The notes beneath the pieces are model-generated. The model made no database searches. It saw only the letters and a list, made by a program, of their open reading frames with translations, and was not told where the DNA came from. A stretch of 58,595 nt of DNA from Burkholderiales bacterium (GTDB taxonomy: Bacteria; Pseudomonadota; Gammaproteobacteria; Burkholderiales; Burkholderiaceae_C): NCBI GenBank assembly GCA_038213665.1, contig JBBQSS010000001.1, forward strand, positions 1-58,595, written 5' to 3'. Below are positions 1 through 10,782 of this stretch, piece after piece (position 1 is the first letter of the stretch; each line of letters begins with the position of its first letter). The position numbers and the translations under genes are program-made.

Positions 1-141
1 GAACATTCCCCATCTTTCATACGAGTGCCATGCGGCGTTGCAAAGCGCTTGTTTGGCTCGCCAAACTGCGCGCTTTGCGCCTTGCCTGGCATCTCGTCTG
101 AAAGCGGGTCATGGTTCAATTTATTATTTCTCGACTCCTAA
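1..141. repeat. MITE-like long imperfect hairpin element (left end outside the window)
   Basis: Arms ctttcatacgagtgcca / tggcatctcgtctgaaag, with nested gcaaagcgc...gcgctttgc and gtttggc-tc-gccaaac stems; non-coding. Confidence 0.6.
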
Positions 142-163
142 GCTTTTGGGTTCATTGTGAGAC

Positions 164-196
164 AGCCTGATGCCCAAGGGGTGTCAGGCTTTTTTT
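164..196 (+). terminator. Rho-independent terminator
   Basis: agcctgatgccc/gggtgtcaggct stem followed by a T-run. Confidence 0.7.
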
Positions 197-221
197 GTGC
201 CCTAGCTTGGCTGGCGCCGCT

Positions 222-1214
222 TCAGCCTTGCAGCAAAGCCAGCATCAGCGCAATCCTGGCCTTGACGGGCGACAAGCCTCTGGAATGCGCAAACTCTGCG
301 TTTGCGGCGAGCAGCACCCGCCCATTGGCACAACGCGTGGCGCGTACCACCTTGACACCTCGGGCCTTCGCCCGGCGCAGCGCGGCTTCCATATCCGTGT
401 GAATCGTGCCGTTGCCCGTGGCGGCCACCACCAAGCCGCGCAAGGGCGCCACGCCTGCCATGGGTAGCAACAGCGCATCGACCATCGCCGCACCGCATCC
501 GGCATGACTCATCACAATCTCGACACGCGGCCAGTCTGCTCCAGTAGCTATCTTATTAATAGCTACTTGCGCTGTATCTATAAGGGCTAAAGGCCAATTT
601 CTTAATAATCTCAAGCCGCCTTCTTCGACATAAGCCAAAGGCCCGGCATCGCCCGAGCTGAAAGCGTCGAGCCGATAGGTGTGGCTTTTTTGCACATCCA
701 GGGCCGTGTGCACCGTGCCCGCACACACGGCCACCACGCCATGTGCGCCCGGGGTCAGCGCCACCGCGACGGCATCTTGCAGATTCTGCGGACCATCGGG
801 TGCCGGACTTGACGCTGGCCGCATGGCGCAAGTCAACACCACCGGCTTGGCGTTGATCAGCTCGGGCGGCAACACCGCCTGCAAAAAGTAAGCCGTTTCT
901 TCCAGCGTGTCCGTGCCATGGGTGATGACGACCGCTTGCACCTCAGCGGCGCTCAGGTGTTGACTGGCCCGCTGCGCCAACGCCTGCCAAACAGCAAAAC
1001 TCATGTCCTTGCTGTCAATTTGCGCCACCTGCTCACTGACCAGGGCGCATCCGGCCAACACGGCAGACATGCCGGGCACATCTGCCAAAAGCTGCGCCAC
1101 ACCCACCTGAGCGGCGGTGTAACCGATGTTGTCAGATGCGCTGCTGGCGATGCCCGCAATGGTGCCACCGGTGCCCAACACCACGACTGTTTTCAAGTTT
1201 TGAACAGATACCAC
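222..1214 (-). CDS. L-asparaginase
   Basis: GTGGTIAG, HGTDTLEETA and VLTCAMRP motifs; start approximate. Confidence 0.92.
   Translation of the reverse strand: MVSVQNLKTVVVLGTGGTIAGIASSASDNIGYTAAQVGVAQLLADVPGMSAVLAGCALVSEQVAQIDSKDMSFAVWQALAQRASQHLSAAEVQAVVITHGTDTLEETAYFLQAVLPPELINAKPVVLTCAMRPASSPAPDGPQNLQDAVAVALTPGAHGVVAVCAGTVHTALDVQKSHTYRLDAFSSGDAGPLAYVEEGGLRLLRNWPLALIDTAQVAINKIATGADWPRVEIVMSHAGCGAAMVDALLLPMAGVAPLRGLVVAATGNGTIHTDMEAALRRAKARGVKVVRATRCANGRVLLAANAEFAHSRGLSPVKARIALMLALLQG
545..608 (+). repeat. Fixed-spacing dispersed motif, copy 1 (inside the asparaginase CDS)
   Basis: GCTA-TCTTATTAA-TAGC-TACTT-GCGC-TGTATCTATAA-GGGC-TAAAGGCC. Confidence 0.85.
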
Positions 1215-1231
1215 TTGTCAACTTTCAAAAA

Positions 1232-1266
1232 CTGGTTAAAAATACAGTTACTGGATGGGAAAACAG
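1232..1266. promoter_or_regulatory. Two tandem LexA (SOS) boxes
   Basis: CTG-N10-CAG at 1232-1247 (CTGGTTAAAAATACAG) and 1251-1266 (CTGGATGGGAAAACAG), directly upstream of lexA. Confidence 0.88.
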
Positions 1267-1338
1267 TGTTTTTTTCGTCAGCAACACAGCCGTTCCAACC
1301 CAGCCCTTGTTTGTCTTTTGCCGTTCACAGGAGTCATC

Positions 1339-2013
1339 ATGCTCACCAGACCCAAGCTCACCGATCGCCAGCAACAGATTCTCAATCTTATCGAGCGAGC
1401 CATCGCGCGCACTGGCGCACCACCCACACGGGCCGAGATAGCCACCGAACTGGGCTTCAAGTCAGCCAATGCGGCCGAGGAGCATTTGCAGGCCTTGGCG
1501 CGCAAAGGTGCCATTGAGCTGGTCAGCGGCACCTCACGCGGCATTCGCCTGCGGGGTGACGCGTTGCGCGCCATCAACGAGTCGCGCAACAAGCCGTTTG
1601 CCTCGACTCTTGCTGGTTTGGCCCAGTTGGCTTTGCCCCTGATTGGCCGCGTGGCCGCGGGGTCGCCCATTCTTGCGCAAGAGCATGTCGACAAAACTTT
1701 TTATGTGGGGGACAGCTTGTTTGCGCACAAGCCAGACTACCTGCTCAAGGTGCGCGGCATGTCCATGCGTGACGCCGGCATCATGGACGGCGACCTGCTG
1801 GCCGTACAAAGCGCCAAAGACGCCAAAAATGGCCAGATTGTGGTGGCCCGCCTGGGTGATGAGGTCACCGTCAAGCGCTTCATGCGGCACAACAACCTGA
1901 TTGAGTTACACCCGGAAAACCCCGACTACCAGACCATCATGGTTGACCCGGATGAGCCTTTCGAGATCGAAGGCCTCGCCGTCGGCCTGATTCGCAACAC
2001 CATGTTGATGTGA
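1339..2013 (+). CDS. lexA: LexA repressor
   Basis: wHTH (PPTRAEIA...SANAAEEHL), VAAG cleavage site, GMSM catalytic Ser, TVKR Lys; RBS aggag before ATG 1339. Confidence 0.97.
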   Translation: MLTRPKLTDRQQQILNLIERAIARTGAPPTRAEIATELGFKSANAAEEHLQALARKGAIELVSGTSRGIRLRGDALRAINESRNKPFASTLAGLAQLALPLIGRVAAGSPILAQEHVDKTFYVGDSLFAHKPDYLLKVRGMSMRDAGIMDGDLLAVQSAKDAKNGQIVVARLGDEVTVKRFMRHNNLIELHPENPDYQTIMVDPDEPFEIEGLAVGLIRNTMLM

Positions 2014-2402
2014 ACGCTCTTAGCGCGCGCCAATTCCACTCTTTGCCGCATAAAAGCTTTGCCATGAATACTGCACCCCCATCCATCAGCGCAAGCGCCC
2101 CGCTCCAAGCCCTGTGGCGCTGGCTCATGGCCGCGCCACGGCAGTCGGAGCCATCCACATGCAATGCATTCAAGCATGTGGCGCCCAATTTTCGGTGCGT
2201 CAGTACGTCACGCAGCCTCAGTTCAAGAGCTCAGCCCATGGCCTTTGTCCCTTCCGGCGTGCGCAAACCCTTGCGCGTGGTGCGTATCATGGAAGCGGGC
2301 CAAATACCTTCGCAAGCGGGTCGGATGGTGATCTCTGGTCGCATGGCGGACGTTTGTGCCGAACTGGACCGACTGGCGGCGCATGAAGCCCCCCTGCACT
2401 GA
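2010..2402 (+). CDS. Hypothetical protein coupled to lexA
   Basis: GTGA overlap with the lexA stop; protein-like C-terminus [21 protein letters not shown]; start uncertain. Confidence 0.65.
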   Translation: MNALSARQFHSLPHKSFAMNTAPPSISASAPLQALWRWLMAAPRQSEPSTCNAFKHVAPNFRCVSTSRSLSSRAQPMAFVPSGVRKPLRVVRIMEAGQIPSQAGRMVISGRMADVCAELDRLAAHEAPLH

Positions 2403-2547
2403 ACCCCATGGCTGATGGCAGACCCGGCGGGTTTTCAACAAGCTCACCAGTGCCCTGCACAGCGCCGATAAAAGTCAGTTGATCGTTGTCAATATTTTTG
2501 TCAGTCTTTAGCGCTTGAGCCTGACTCACCAAGGCACAATTGGCGCC

Positions 2548-3555
2548 ATGAACATTGTGATATTGGACGATTACCAGGATGTGGTCAGGAAACTGGCGTG
2601 CGCCACCAAACTGGAACCCTACGAAGCCAAGGTGTATACCAACACGGTAAAGGGCCTTGGCCAGCTCTCAGTGCGACTCAAAGATGCCGATGTGATCGTG
2701 CTCAACCGTGACCGCACCCATCTGCCCCGTGCGCTGCTTGAAAAACTTCCCAAACTGAAGCTGATCGTGCAAACCGGACGTGTAGGCCCGCATGTGGATG
2801 TGAACGCTTGCACCGAGCGCGGCATTGTTGTCGCCGAAGGCACCGGTTCACCCACAGCGCCTGCCGAGTTGGCGTGGGCACTGATCATGTCGGCAGCACG
2901 GCGCTTGCCGCAGTACATTGCCAATCTCAAACATGGGGTATGGCAGCAGTCGGGCCTGAAGACAGGCGCCATGCCCAACAATTTTTGTCTGGGAACCGTG
3001 CTCAAGGGCCGCACCTTGGGCATTTGGGGCTATGGCCGCATTGGTCAGATCGTGGCGGGTTACGGCAAGGCTTTTGGCATGCGGGTGCTCATCTGGGGGC
3101 GTGAACCCAGCCGAGAGCGCGCGGTATTGGACGGCTTTGAAGTCACCAGCTCACGTGAAGAGCTGTTTGAGGCCACTGATGTGCTGTCCTTGCACCTGCG
3201 GCTCAACGAAGAAACACAGAGCATCGTGAAGCTTGAGGATTTGTCCCGCATGAAGCCAACCGCCCTGCTGGTGAATATTTCGCGTGCCGAGCTCATTGAA
3301 CCAGATGCACTGTTGGGCGCGCTCAACCGGGGTCGTCCTGGCATGGCGGCAGTCGATGTGTTTGAGTCAGAACCCGTTTTGCAGGGCCATGCGCTCTTGA
3401 GGCTGGAAAACTGCATTTGCACACCGCACATTGGCTACGTGGAGCAAGACAGCTACGAAATGTATTTTGGGGCAGCCTTTGACAACGTGGTGAATTTCAT
3501 CAGCGGACGCCCCACCAACATCGTCAACCCGGGCGCACTGCAGGTTCGCAGGTAA
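2548..3555 (+). CDS. D-2-hydroxyacid dehydrogenase family protein
   Basis: GIWGYGRIG Rossmann motif, NISRAEL, DVFESEP, TPHIGY. Confidence 0.92.
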   Translation: MNIVILDDYQDVVRKLACATKLEPYEAKVYTNTVKGLGQLSVRLKDADVIVLNRDRTHLPRALLEKLPKLKLIVQTGRVGPHVDVNACTERGIVVAEGTGSPTAPAELAWALIMSAARRLPQYIANLKHGVWQQSGLKTGAMPNNFCLGTVLKGRTLGIWGYGRIGQIVAGYGKAFGMRVLIWGREPSRERAVLDGFEVTSSREELFEATDVLSLHLRLNEETQSIVKLEDLSRMKPTALLVNISRAELIEPDALLGALNRGRPGMAAVDVFESEPVLQGHALLRLENCICTPHIGYVEQDSYEMYFGAAFDNVVNFISGRPTNIVNPGALQVRR

Positions 3556-3558
3556 GCC

Positions 3559-4821
3559 CTACCCCTTCAACTCACGCGACGTGAGCGGCTGCGTCAATCC
3601 TGACCACAACTCGTTGAGGTCAGGAAAATTCCACTTGGCTGGGTCTTCTCTTTGGTGGATTTTTTCAAGGCTGTCTGGACGCGACAAGTCCACCTGGTAG
3701 GGCACGATGCGCATGCCTGACTTGGAAGAATAAAACACATTGACCAAAGGTTTGGTCAATGACCTAGCAGATTGCTCAGTCACCACACCGATGCGCCCAG
3801 AGGTCAAGCGCACCAGGGAGCCCACTGGGTAAATACCCATGCTTTTGACAAAAGCCTGAAACACCTTCTTGTCAAAATGACCGACCCATTCGGCCATTTT
3901 CCGCAAAGACTCTGCCGGGTCCCAACCCGATTTGTAGGGCCGGTTGGACGTGATGGCGTCGTACACATCGCACACCGCAGCCATCTTGGCAAACAGGCTG
4001 ATCTGATCGCCGTTGAGACTCTCCGGGTAGCCAGAACCGTCAATTTTTTCATGGTGATGCAGCACCACATCCAGCGCCACCGCATCCACATTCGGGCTAG
4101 CCTTGAGTATTTTGAAACCCTCGGTCGGATGGGTTTTCATGATGTCAAATTCAGCATCGGTGAGCTTGCCCGGCTTGTTCAGCACCTCGGTGGGCATGGC
4201 CACCTTGCCCAAATCATGCAGCAAGCCGGCTATGCCGCAACTGCGGGTTTGCGCTTCATCCAAACCGAGTTGCCTGGCCAGCGCCACCATCATGGCGCAC
4301 ACCGCCACCGAGTGCATGTAGGTGTAATCGTCCGCCGTTTTCAGTCGCGCCAGGCTGATGATGGCACCCGGATTGCGTGAAATGGAGTCTGAAATGTCTT
4401 CCACCAACTGGCGTGCCCCACCCACGTCAACAGCGTTGCCCATGCGCGCTTCTTCAAACATGAACACCACGGCAGCCTTCGAGTCAAAACAGATTCGTGC
4501 TGCGCGCTCCAGCTCTTTGGCGGCACTCACCAGCACCAAGTCACGCACAACGCGCAGTGCAACTGGCGGCATGATCGATGGGGATTTGGGTGCAGATGTG
4601 TTGCTCGCGGCTTCTGTCACGAGCACACCATCAAGCACATCGCGCCCAAGACTGCTGTCAATCCACACCTCTTTGATGGGGCTTCCCAAAATCAGCGCAA
4701 TGTCGGAAGAATCTTTCAGTACAAAACCGGTGCGCCAGAAGGGGTGATCCATCCAGGATCCGCAAAACTCTTTGAGGTGCATTCCCAGCTGCAACTGATC
4801 AACACTGATTCGCTTGAGCAT
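3559..4821 (-). CDS. HD-GYP domain protein (putative c-di-GMP phosphodiesterase)
   Basis: YTYMHS, LLHDLGK, HHEKIDGSGYP, DVYDAITSNRPY. Confidence 0.9.
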   Translation of the reverse strand: MLKRISVDQLQLGMHLKEFCGSWMDHPFWRTGFVLKDSSDIALILGSPIKEVWIDSSLGRDVLDGVLVTEAASNTSAPKSPSIMPPVALRVVRDLVLVSAAKELERAARICFDSKAAVVFMFEEARMGNAVDVGGARQLVEDISDSISRNPGAIISLARLKTADDYTYMHSVAVCAMMVALARQLGLDEAQTRSCGIAGLLHDLGKVAMPTEVLNKPGKLTDAEFDIMKTHPTEGFKILKASPNVDAVALDVVLHHHEKIDGSGYPESLNGDQISLFAKMAAVCDVYDAITSNRPYKSGWDPAESLRKMAEWVGHFDKKVFQAFVKSMGIYPVGSLVRLTSGRIGVVTEQSARSLTKPLVNVFYSSKSGMRIVPYQVDLSRPDSLEKIHQREDPAKWNFPDLNELWSGLTQPLTSRELKG

Positions 4822-5019
4822 AAAACCGCAAACTTCTAATTCGTTTAGTAATTTTTTATTATAGGAGTCAATCGGTGCAAATGACGGCTTTCAACCGGCG
4901 CTAAAGCATGGTCGCTTACAACTAAAAATGACCTTTGGTCATTACCTCGTGAATCGACCCACAGGCCCAACGACGCTTTGGCCTTGACTAGAAACAGCGG
5001 CACACCACGCGTCTAAGAT

Positions 5020-5649
5020 TCAATGCAGATGACGCGGCTTGCGACCGCCACCATGCCCCATGCCACCACCTGAGCCACGCGGGGGCTTGCCGAGCTGCAG
5101 CGAGCTGACCAGATCATCAAAACGCTGACTGAACAAGGTGTCAATGGCAGCGACCACACCACCAAGTTCTGCGCCATCAAAGTGACGCTCCATCAGGCTC
5201 ACGACATCTTGCACTAGCAAATCACGCTGAACTTGCATAATGGATGCCGGATCGGGTCCGACAAAAAGAATAACAAAATCGTCGCGGGATTCTGCATCAG
5301 GCGTATCGCCCGACTCTTCCTCATCAAACTCGGCGTCGTAAAAGGTCACTTCAATGGCCGTCCCAGTCTGCGCCACTTCGTTGAGATTCATACACATTTC
5401 ATCAAGAACCTGGCGAAAATCATCGTCACCCTCAACCGTCCAACACATTTGCAGCAGGTGCTCTTTGGCTTCGAACTGAATGCCGGGTTCATCTTCATAA
5501 AAACTGCCGGACGCATCGGCAAGTGAGCGCGCCCCGGCGTACTTCCAGAGCGGCTTGAGTGCATCCTGCAAATGCTCAAAAGTGACATCGCCTCGCAGTG
5601 TCACTTGACCATGCACATGAATTTCTAGAGGAGCGTTGTAGCGAGCCAT
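5020..5649 (-). CDS. Conserved hypothetical acidic protein
   Basis: ATG 5649 (MARYNAPLEIHVHG); the ORF-track extension runs through tRNA-Leu and is spurious. Confidence 0.75.
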   Translation of the reverse strand: MARYNAPLEIHVHGQVTLRGDVTFEHLQDALKPLWKYAGARSLADASGSFYEDEPGIQFEAKEHLLQMCWTVEGDDDFRQVLDEMCMNLNEVAQTGTAIEVTFYDAEFDEEESGDTPDAESRDDFVILFVGPDPASIMQVQRDLLVQDVVSLMERHFDGAELGGVVAAIDTLFSQRFDDLVSSLQLGKPPRGSGGGMGHGGGRKPRHLH

Positions 5650-5663
5650 GGATATAAGTGTAG

Positions 5664-5756
5664 TGGTGCCCGAGACCGGAATCGAACCGGTACGCCCGTT
5701 ATTCACGAAGCGGCGGATTTTAAGTCCGATGTGTCTACCTATTCCACCACTCGGGC
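5664..5756 (-). tRNA. tRNA-Leu (UAA)
   Basis: Cloverleaf with long variable arm, GGACTTAAAATCC anticodon arm, GTTCGA, 3' CCA. Confidence 0.95.
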
Positions 5757-5833
5757 ACGGTTGCATTGTGAAACAAAAAAACCCCGGCGTTGCGATTCAC
5801 TGGGGTTTTTAAGAACAAATTTAAACCAAAAAG

Positions 5834-5907
5834 TGGAGGCGCGACCCAGAGTCGAACTGGGCTACACGGATTTGCAATCCGTTGCATAACCGCTTTGCTA
5901 TCGCGCC
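5834..5907 (-). tRNA. tRNA-Cys (GCA)
   Basis: GGATTGCAAATCC anticodon arm, T-loop, CCA. Confidence 0.95.
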
Positions 5908-5954
5908 AAAAACCCCTGACAAAAAAGGGAAGCTAAGCTTCCCTTTTTCAAAAT

Positions 5955-6030
5955 TGGAGCGGGAAAAGAGACTCGAACTCTCGACCTATACCTTGGCAAG
6001 GTATCGCTCTACCAACTGAGCTATTCCCGC
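5955..6030 (-). tRNA. tRNA-Gly (GCC)
   Basis: CCTTGCCAAGG anticodon arm, CCA. Confidence 0.96.
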
Positions 6031-6064
6031 AAAACACAGACCCATGTCTGCAAAAAAGAAACAC

Positions 6065-6140
6065 TGGAGCGGGAAAAGAGACTCGAACTCTCGACCTATA
6101 CCTTGGCAAGGTATCGCTCTACCAACTGAGCTATTCCCGC
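6065..6140 (-). tRNA. tRNA-Gly (GCC), identical second copy
   Basis: Same sequence as 5955-6030. Confidence 0.96.
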
Positions 6141-6205
6141 GTTTCAAGCCTCAAATTATAGACTAACTTTTAGCCCACTTAAATTCAAACCCGTCAAAAA
6201 ATTCA

Positions 6206-8647
6206 TCAATGCTTGACCGATTCCGTGAGTTCTGGCGCCACCACGGCCACCACGGCAGGTGTAACTGCCAGAGGTTCTTCGTCAGGCAAGGGGGTCGGCA
6301 TGCGCTCAAGCGCAATTTCCAGCAATTTGTCGATCCAGCGCACTGGCACAATTTCGAGTCCATTTTTGACGCTTTCAGGAATATCCTGGAGGTCTTTTGC
6401 GTTGTCCTCTGGAATCAGCACCGTCTTGATGCCACCGCGCAGGGCTGCCAACAGTTTTTCCTTAAGCCCACCAATAGCTGTCACCTCACCGCGCAGGGTT
6501 ATTTCACCCGTCATGGCAACATCGCAGCGCACCGGAATGCCCGTCATGGCAGACACAAACGCCGTGGTCATGGCAGCACCGGCACTCGGACCATCCTTGG
6601 GGGTCGCCCCGTCAGGCACGTGGATGTGAATGTCTTTTTTCTCGAATATCTCGTCCTTGATGCCTAGCCGACGCGACCGACTTCGCACCACGGTGCGGGC
6701 AGCTTCCACTGACTCTTTCATCACGTCACCAAGCGAACCGGTCCGCGTGATAACACCTTTGCCCGACATCATGGCGGCCTCAATGGTGAGCAGGTCGCCG
6801 CCGACTTCTGTCCAGGCCAAACCCACCACCTGACCGACCTGATTCTTCTTTTCAGCACGGCCATAGTCATACTTTCGAACGCCCAGAAAATCGTTGAGGT
6901 TGTCACCGGTCACTTTGACCTGGCCGATCATCTTCTTGAGTTGCAAACCTTTGACCACTTTGCGACAAATTTTGGAAATTTCCCGCTCAAGTGAGCGCAC
7001 GCCTGCCTCACGGGTGTAATAGCGCACGATGTCCCGCACCGCTTCTTCCGTGACCAATAATTCAACTTCTTTGACGCCATTATTGATGAGCTGCTTGGGT
7101 AACAAATATTTGAGCGCAATGTTGGTTTTTTCGTCCTCGGTATAACCCGACAAGCGGATCACTTCCATGCGGTCCAGCAAGGCTGGCGGGATGTTCATGG
7201 AGTTCGATGTCGCCACAAACATGACATCGCTTAGGTCAAAGTCAACTTCGACGTAATGGTCACCAAACTTGTGGTTTTGCTCAGGGTCTAACACTTCCAG
7301 CAAGGCACTGGATGGGTCACCCCTGAAATCTGTACCTAGCTTGTCGATTTCGTCCAACAAGAATAAAGGATTGCGCGTGCCAACTTTGGAGAGGCTTTGC
7401 AGCACTTTACCGGGCATCGCGCCAATGTAAGTGCGCCGATGACCACGGATCTCGGCCTCATCACGCATGCCGCCCAGCGCCATGCGCACGTACTTCCGAC
7501 CGGTCGCTTTGGCAATGGATTGGCCCAGCGACGTTTTGCCAACGCCAGGAGGGCCTACCAGACACAAAATAGGCGCTTTGACTTTGTCTACCCGCTGCTG
7601 AACTGCGAGGTACTCAAGAATGCGGTCTTTGACCTTGTCAAGGCCGTAATGGTCTTCGTTCAACACCGTTTCAGCATTGGTCAGGTCGTGCTTGATTTTT
7701 GTTTTACCTGCCCATGGCAGGCCGGCGAGCACATCGATGTAATTGCGCACCACGGTGGCTTCGGCTGACATCGGCGACATCAGTTTGAGTTTTTTCAGTT
7801 CAGCCTCAACCTTTTTCAAGGCCTCTTTGGGCATCTTGGCGGCCTTGATTTTTTTCTCGATCTCGTCAATGTCTGCACCGTCTTCGCCCTCACCCAGTTC
7901 TTTTTGGATGGCTTTGACCTGTTCATTCAAGTAGAAATCACGCTGGTTTTTCTCCATTTGACGCTTCACGCGGCCACGGATTTTTTTATCCACATTTAAA
8001 ATGTCAACTTCGCGCTCGATCTGCTCGAAAAGATTCTCCAGTCGGTCCCGAACGCCTGACAAATCAAGCACAGCCTGCTTGTTGTCGAGCTTCAGCGGCA
8101 AATGCGCAGCGATGGTGTCGGCCAGACGGCCCGGGTCATCAATACTGGAAATGGAGGTGAGTATTTCAGGCGGAATTTTTTTGTTGAGTTTGACGTACTG
8201 GTCAAACTGCTGCATCACGGCACGGCGCAAGGCCTCAATCTCACTGGTTTTGCTGCGCGACTTTGTTTCAGGTTCGGCGGGCACCTCAACCGGCATCACC
8301 GTGGCCGTAAAGTGAAGTTCACCGTCTTCAATGTGCGTCACTGTGGCGCGTTGCTGCCCCTCCACCAACACTTTGACGGTGCCATCAGGCAGTTTGAGCA
8401 TTTGAAGGATGGTGGACACGCACCCCATGTCAAACATGTCTGACACCGCTGGGTCGTCTTTGGCGGCTGCTTTTTGTGCCACGAGCATGATGCAACGATC
8501 CGAAGCCATGGCCGTTTCAAGCGCCTTAATGCTTTTGGGTCTGCCCACAAACAGTGGAATGACCATGTGCGGAAACACCACCACATCACGCAAAGGCAAC
8601 AGTGGCAAATCAATGGGGGTAGCAGGCAAGGGGGTATGACCAGACAT
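6206..8647 (-). CDS. lon: Lon protease (housekeeping copy)
   Basis: LPLRDVVVFP N-domain, GPPGVGKT, PKDGPSAG; follows clpPX. Confidence 0.97.
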   Translation of the reverse strand: MSGHTPLPATPIDLPLLPLRDVVVFPHMVIPLFVGRPKSIKALETAMASDRCIMLVAQKAAAKDDPAVSDMFDMGCVSTILQMLKLPDGTVKVLVEGQQRATVTHIEDGELHFTATVMPVEVPAEPETKSRSKTSEIEALRRAVMQQFDQYVKLNKKIPPEILTSISSIDDPGRLADTIAAHLPLKLDNKQAVLDLSGVRDRLENLFEQIEREVDILNVDKKIRGRVKRQMEKNQRDFYLNEQVKAIQKELGEGEDGADIDEIEKKIKAAKMPKEALKKVEAELKKLKLMSPMSAEATVVRNYIDVLAGLPWAGKTKIKHDLTNAETVLNEDHYGLDKVKDRILEYLAVQQRVDKVKAPILCLVGPPGVGKTSLGQSIAKATGRKYVRMALGGMRDEAEIRGHRRTYIGAMPGKVLQSLSKVGTRNPLFLLDEIDKLGTDFRGDPSSALLEVLDPEQNHKFGDHYVEVDFDLSDVMFVATSNSMNIPPALLDRMEVIRLSGYTEDEKTNIALKYLLPKQLINNGVKEVELLVTEEAVRDIVRYYTREAGVRSLEREISKICRKVVKGLQLKKMIGQVKVTGDNLNDFLGVRKYDYGRAEKKNQVGQVVGLAWTEVGGDLLTIEAAMMSGKGVITRTGSLGDVMKESVEAARTVVRSRSRRLGIKDEIFEKKDIHIHVPDGATPKDGPSAGAAMTTAFVSAMTGIPVRCDVAMTGEITLRGEVTAIGGLKEKLLAALRGGIKTVLIPEDNAKDLQDIPESVKNGLEIVPVRWIDKLLEIALERMPTPLPDEEPLAVTPAVVAVVAPELTESVKH

Positions 8648-8768
8648 AAAAAGTCCTCTTATAACCAACCAAATATGAAGCGAATCTGCCACTTTTTCAA
8701 GCAGCAGTCAATTATCAAGCGCGTGTTTTGTCTTGATCCTAGCAAAACACATTCAAAGGCGGACCATA

Positions 8769-10031
8769 TCAGGCCTTCTTGGCTACTTCACGGTAAACCA
8801 GAAGTGGCGGCTTGTTTTCTTCAATGGTCGCCTCGTCCACCACCACTTTCTCAACATTGGAGGTATTTGGCAAGTCAAACATGGTGTCAATCAGCGCTTG
8901 CTCAACAATGGACCGCAAGCCACGCGCGCCGGTTTTACGGGCCAGTGCTTTTTTGGCGATGGCCTTTAAACCGTTTGGTCTGATTTCCAGATCAACCCCT
9001 TCCATCGCCAGCAGCTTGCTGTACTGCTTGACCAAGGCATTTTTCGGCTCTGTCAAAATTTGAACCAACGTGTCCTCACTGAGTTCACCCAGTGTGGCGA
9101 CCACGGGCATACGCCCAACCAGTTCAGGAATCAAACCGAATTTGATCAAGTCTTCTGGCTCGACTTCCTTGAATACTTCCGTCAAATTGCGGTTTTGCTT
9201 ACTTTTCACAGCCGCACCAAACCCAATACCAGAGGACTCCGTTCGGTTGTCGATAACTTTTTCAAGACCCGCGAACGCGCCACCGCAAATGAACAAAATG
9301 TTGGTGGTGTCGACCTGCACAAAATCCTGATTGGGATGCTTGCGCCCACCCTGCGGCGGCACACTGGCCATGGTGCCTTCAATCAGTTTCAGCAAGGCTT
9401 GCTGCACCCCCTCACCAGACACATCACGGGTGATAGAAGGGTTGTCCGACTTGCGTGAAATTTTGTCAATTTCATCAATATAAACAATGCCGCGTTGCGC
9501 CCGCTCGACTTCGTAGTTGCAGCTTTGCAGCAACTTGAGCACGATATTTTCAACGTCCTCACCCACATAACCGGCCTCGGTCAGCGTGGTGGCATCTGCC
9601 ATGACAAACGGTACATCAAGCATACGCGCCAGTGTTTGCGCCAGCAGGGTTTTACCAGACCCGGTCGGGCCGATCAGCAAAATGTTGCTCTTGGACAGCT
9701 CCACATCATCCTTGGTGGACTTCTCCTGATGCCGCAAGCGCTTGTAATGGTTGTAAACCGCCACCGCCAGAATCCGCTTGGCAGGCTCTTGCCCGATCAC
9801 ATAGTTGTCGAGATTGGCTTTGATCTCGGACGGTGTGGGCAACTCGCTATTGCCACTGGACTCGGTCGTGGCAGGCAATTCGTCACGGATGATTTCATTG
9901 CACAACTCAATGCACTCGTCACAGACAAAGACGGACGGCCCAGCGATGAGCTTTTTGACTTCATGCTGACTTTTTCCACAAAACGAGCAATACAGTGTCT
10001 TCTCGCCTGACGAGCTTTTTTTTTCAGCCAT
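8769..10031 (-). CDS. clpX: ClpX ATPase
   Basis: CSFCGK zinc finger, [18 protein letters not shown]. Confidence 0.98.
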   Translation of the reverse strand: MAEKKSSSGEKTLYCSFCGKSQHEVKKLIAGPSVFVCDECIELCNEIIRDELPATTESSGNSELPTPSEIKANLDNYVIGQEPAKRILAVAVYNHYKRLRHQEKSTKDDVELSKSNILLIGPTGSGKTLLAQTLARMLDVPFVMADATTLTEAGYVGEDVENIVLKLLQSCNYEVERAQRGIVYIDEIDKISRKSDNPSITRDVSGEGVQQALLKLIEGTMASVPPQGGRKHPNQDFVQVDTTNILFICGGAFAGLEKVIDNRTESSGIGFGAAVKSKQNRNLTEVFKEVEPEDLIKFGLIPELVGRMPVVATLGELSEDTLVQILTEPKNALVKQYSKLLAMEGVDLEIRPNGLKAIAKKALARKTGARGLRSIVEQALIDTMFDLPNTSNVEKVVVDEATIEENKPPLLVYREVAKKA

Positions 10032-10036
10032 GAGAA

Positions 10037-10645
10037 CTACGCCCTTTTAGAGATGACTTGGTCAATCAGACCATATTCCTTGCACTCGTCGGCGGACATG
10101 TAATAGTCACGCTCGGTGTCACGCGCAATGCGCTCCAGAGGCTGGCCGGTGCGTTCGGCCAAAATTTTATTCAGTTGCTCCCGCGTCTTCAAAATTTCAC
10201 GGGCCTGAATTTCAATTTCAGTGGCCTGACCCTGGCTTCCGCCTGAAGGTTGGTGAATCATGACCTTTGAATTGGGCAAAGAAAACCGTTTGCCTTTTTC
10301 ACCCGCTGCCAGCAAAAACGCACCCATGCTGGCCGCAAAACCAATGCACAACGTTGACACCTGGGGTTTGATGAAATTGATGGTGTCATAAATCGCCATA
10401 CCCGCGCTGACCGAGCCACCCGGAGAGTTGATGTAGAAGGAAATGTCCTTGTCAGGATTTTCACTTTCCAAAAATAGCAACTGCGCCACCACCAGATTGG
10501 CCACATAGTCATTGACGGGGCCCACCAGAAAAATCACCCGCTCTTTGAGCAAGCGTGAATAAATGTCATATGACCGCTCACCCCGACCAGACTGCTCGAT
10601 CACCATGGGCACCATGCCCAGGCCTTGCGTGTCCATTGCATTCAT
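10037..10645 (-). CDS. clpP: ClpP peptidase
   Basis: [25 protein letters not shown]. Confidence 0.98.
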   Translation of the reverse strand: MNAMDTQGLGMVPMVIEQSGRGERSYDIYSRLLKERVIFLVGPVNDYVANLVVAQLLFLESENPDKDISFYINSPGGSVSAGMAIYDTINFIKPQVSTLCIGFAASMGAFLLAAGEKGKRFSLPNSKVMIHQPSGGSQGQATEIEIQAREILKTREQLNKILAERTGQPLERIARDTERDYYMSADECKEYGLIDQVISKRA

Positions 10646-10782
10646 TTGAAACTTCATCTTTACTCCAAAAATCTTGTGCTACTGTAGCTAAAAAAGCATG
10701 GTCCCAATGCAGATGGGGCTTGACTGCGGGACTACAAGTCCGGCACAAGCCCCATTTCTACTGCTAACCCAACCGCAACCGA

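Noticed and set aside
5650-5766. N-terminal extension of ORF 5020..5766
   Set aside because: It reads through tRNA-Leu; the real start is ATG 5649
5955-6140. 76-bp exact direct repeat as a possible att site or CRISPR
   Set aside because: Two complete tandem tRNA-Gly genes
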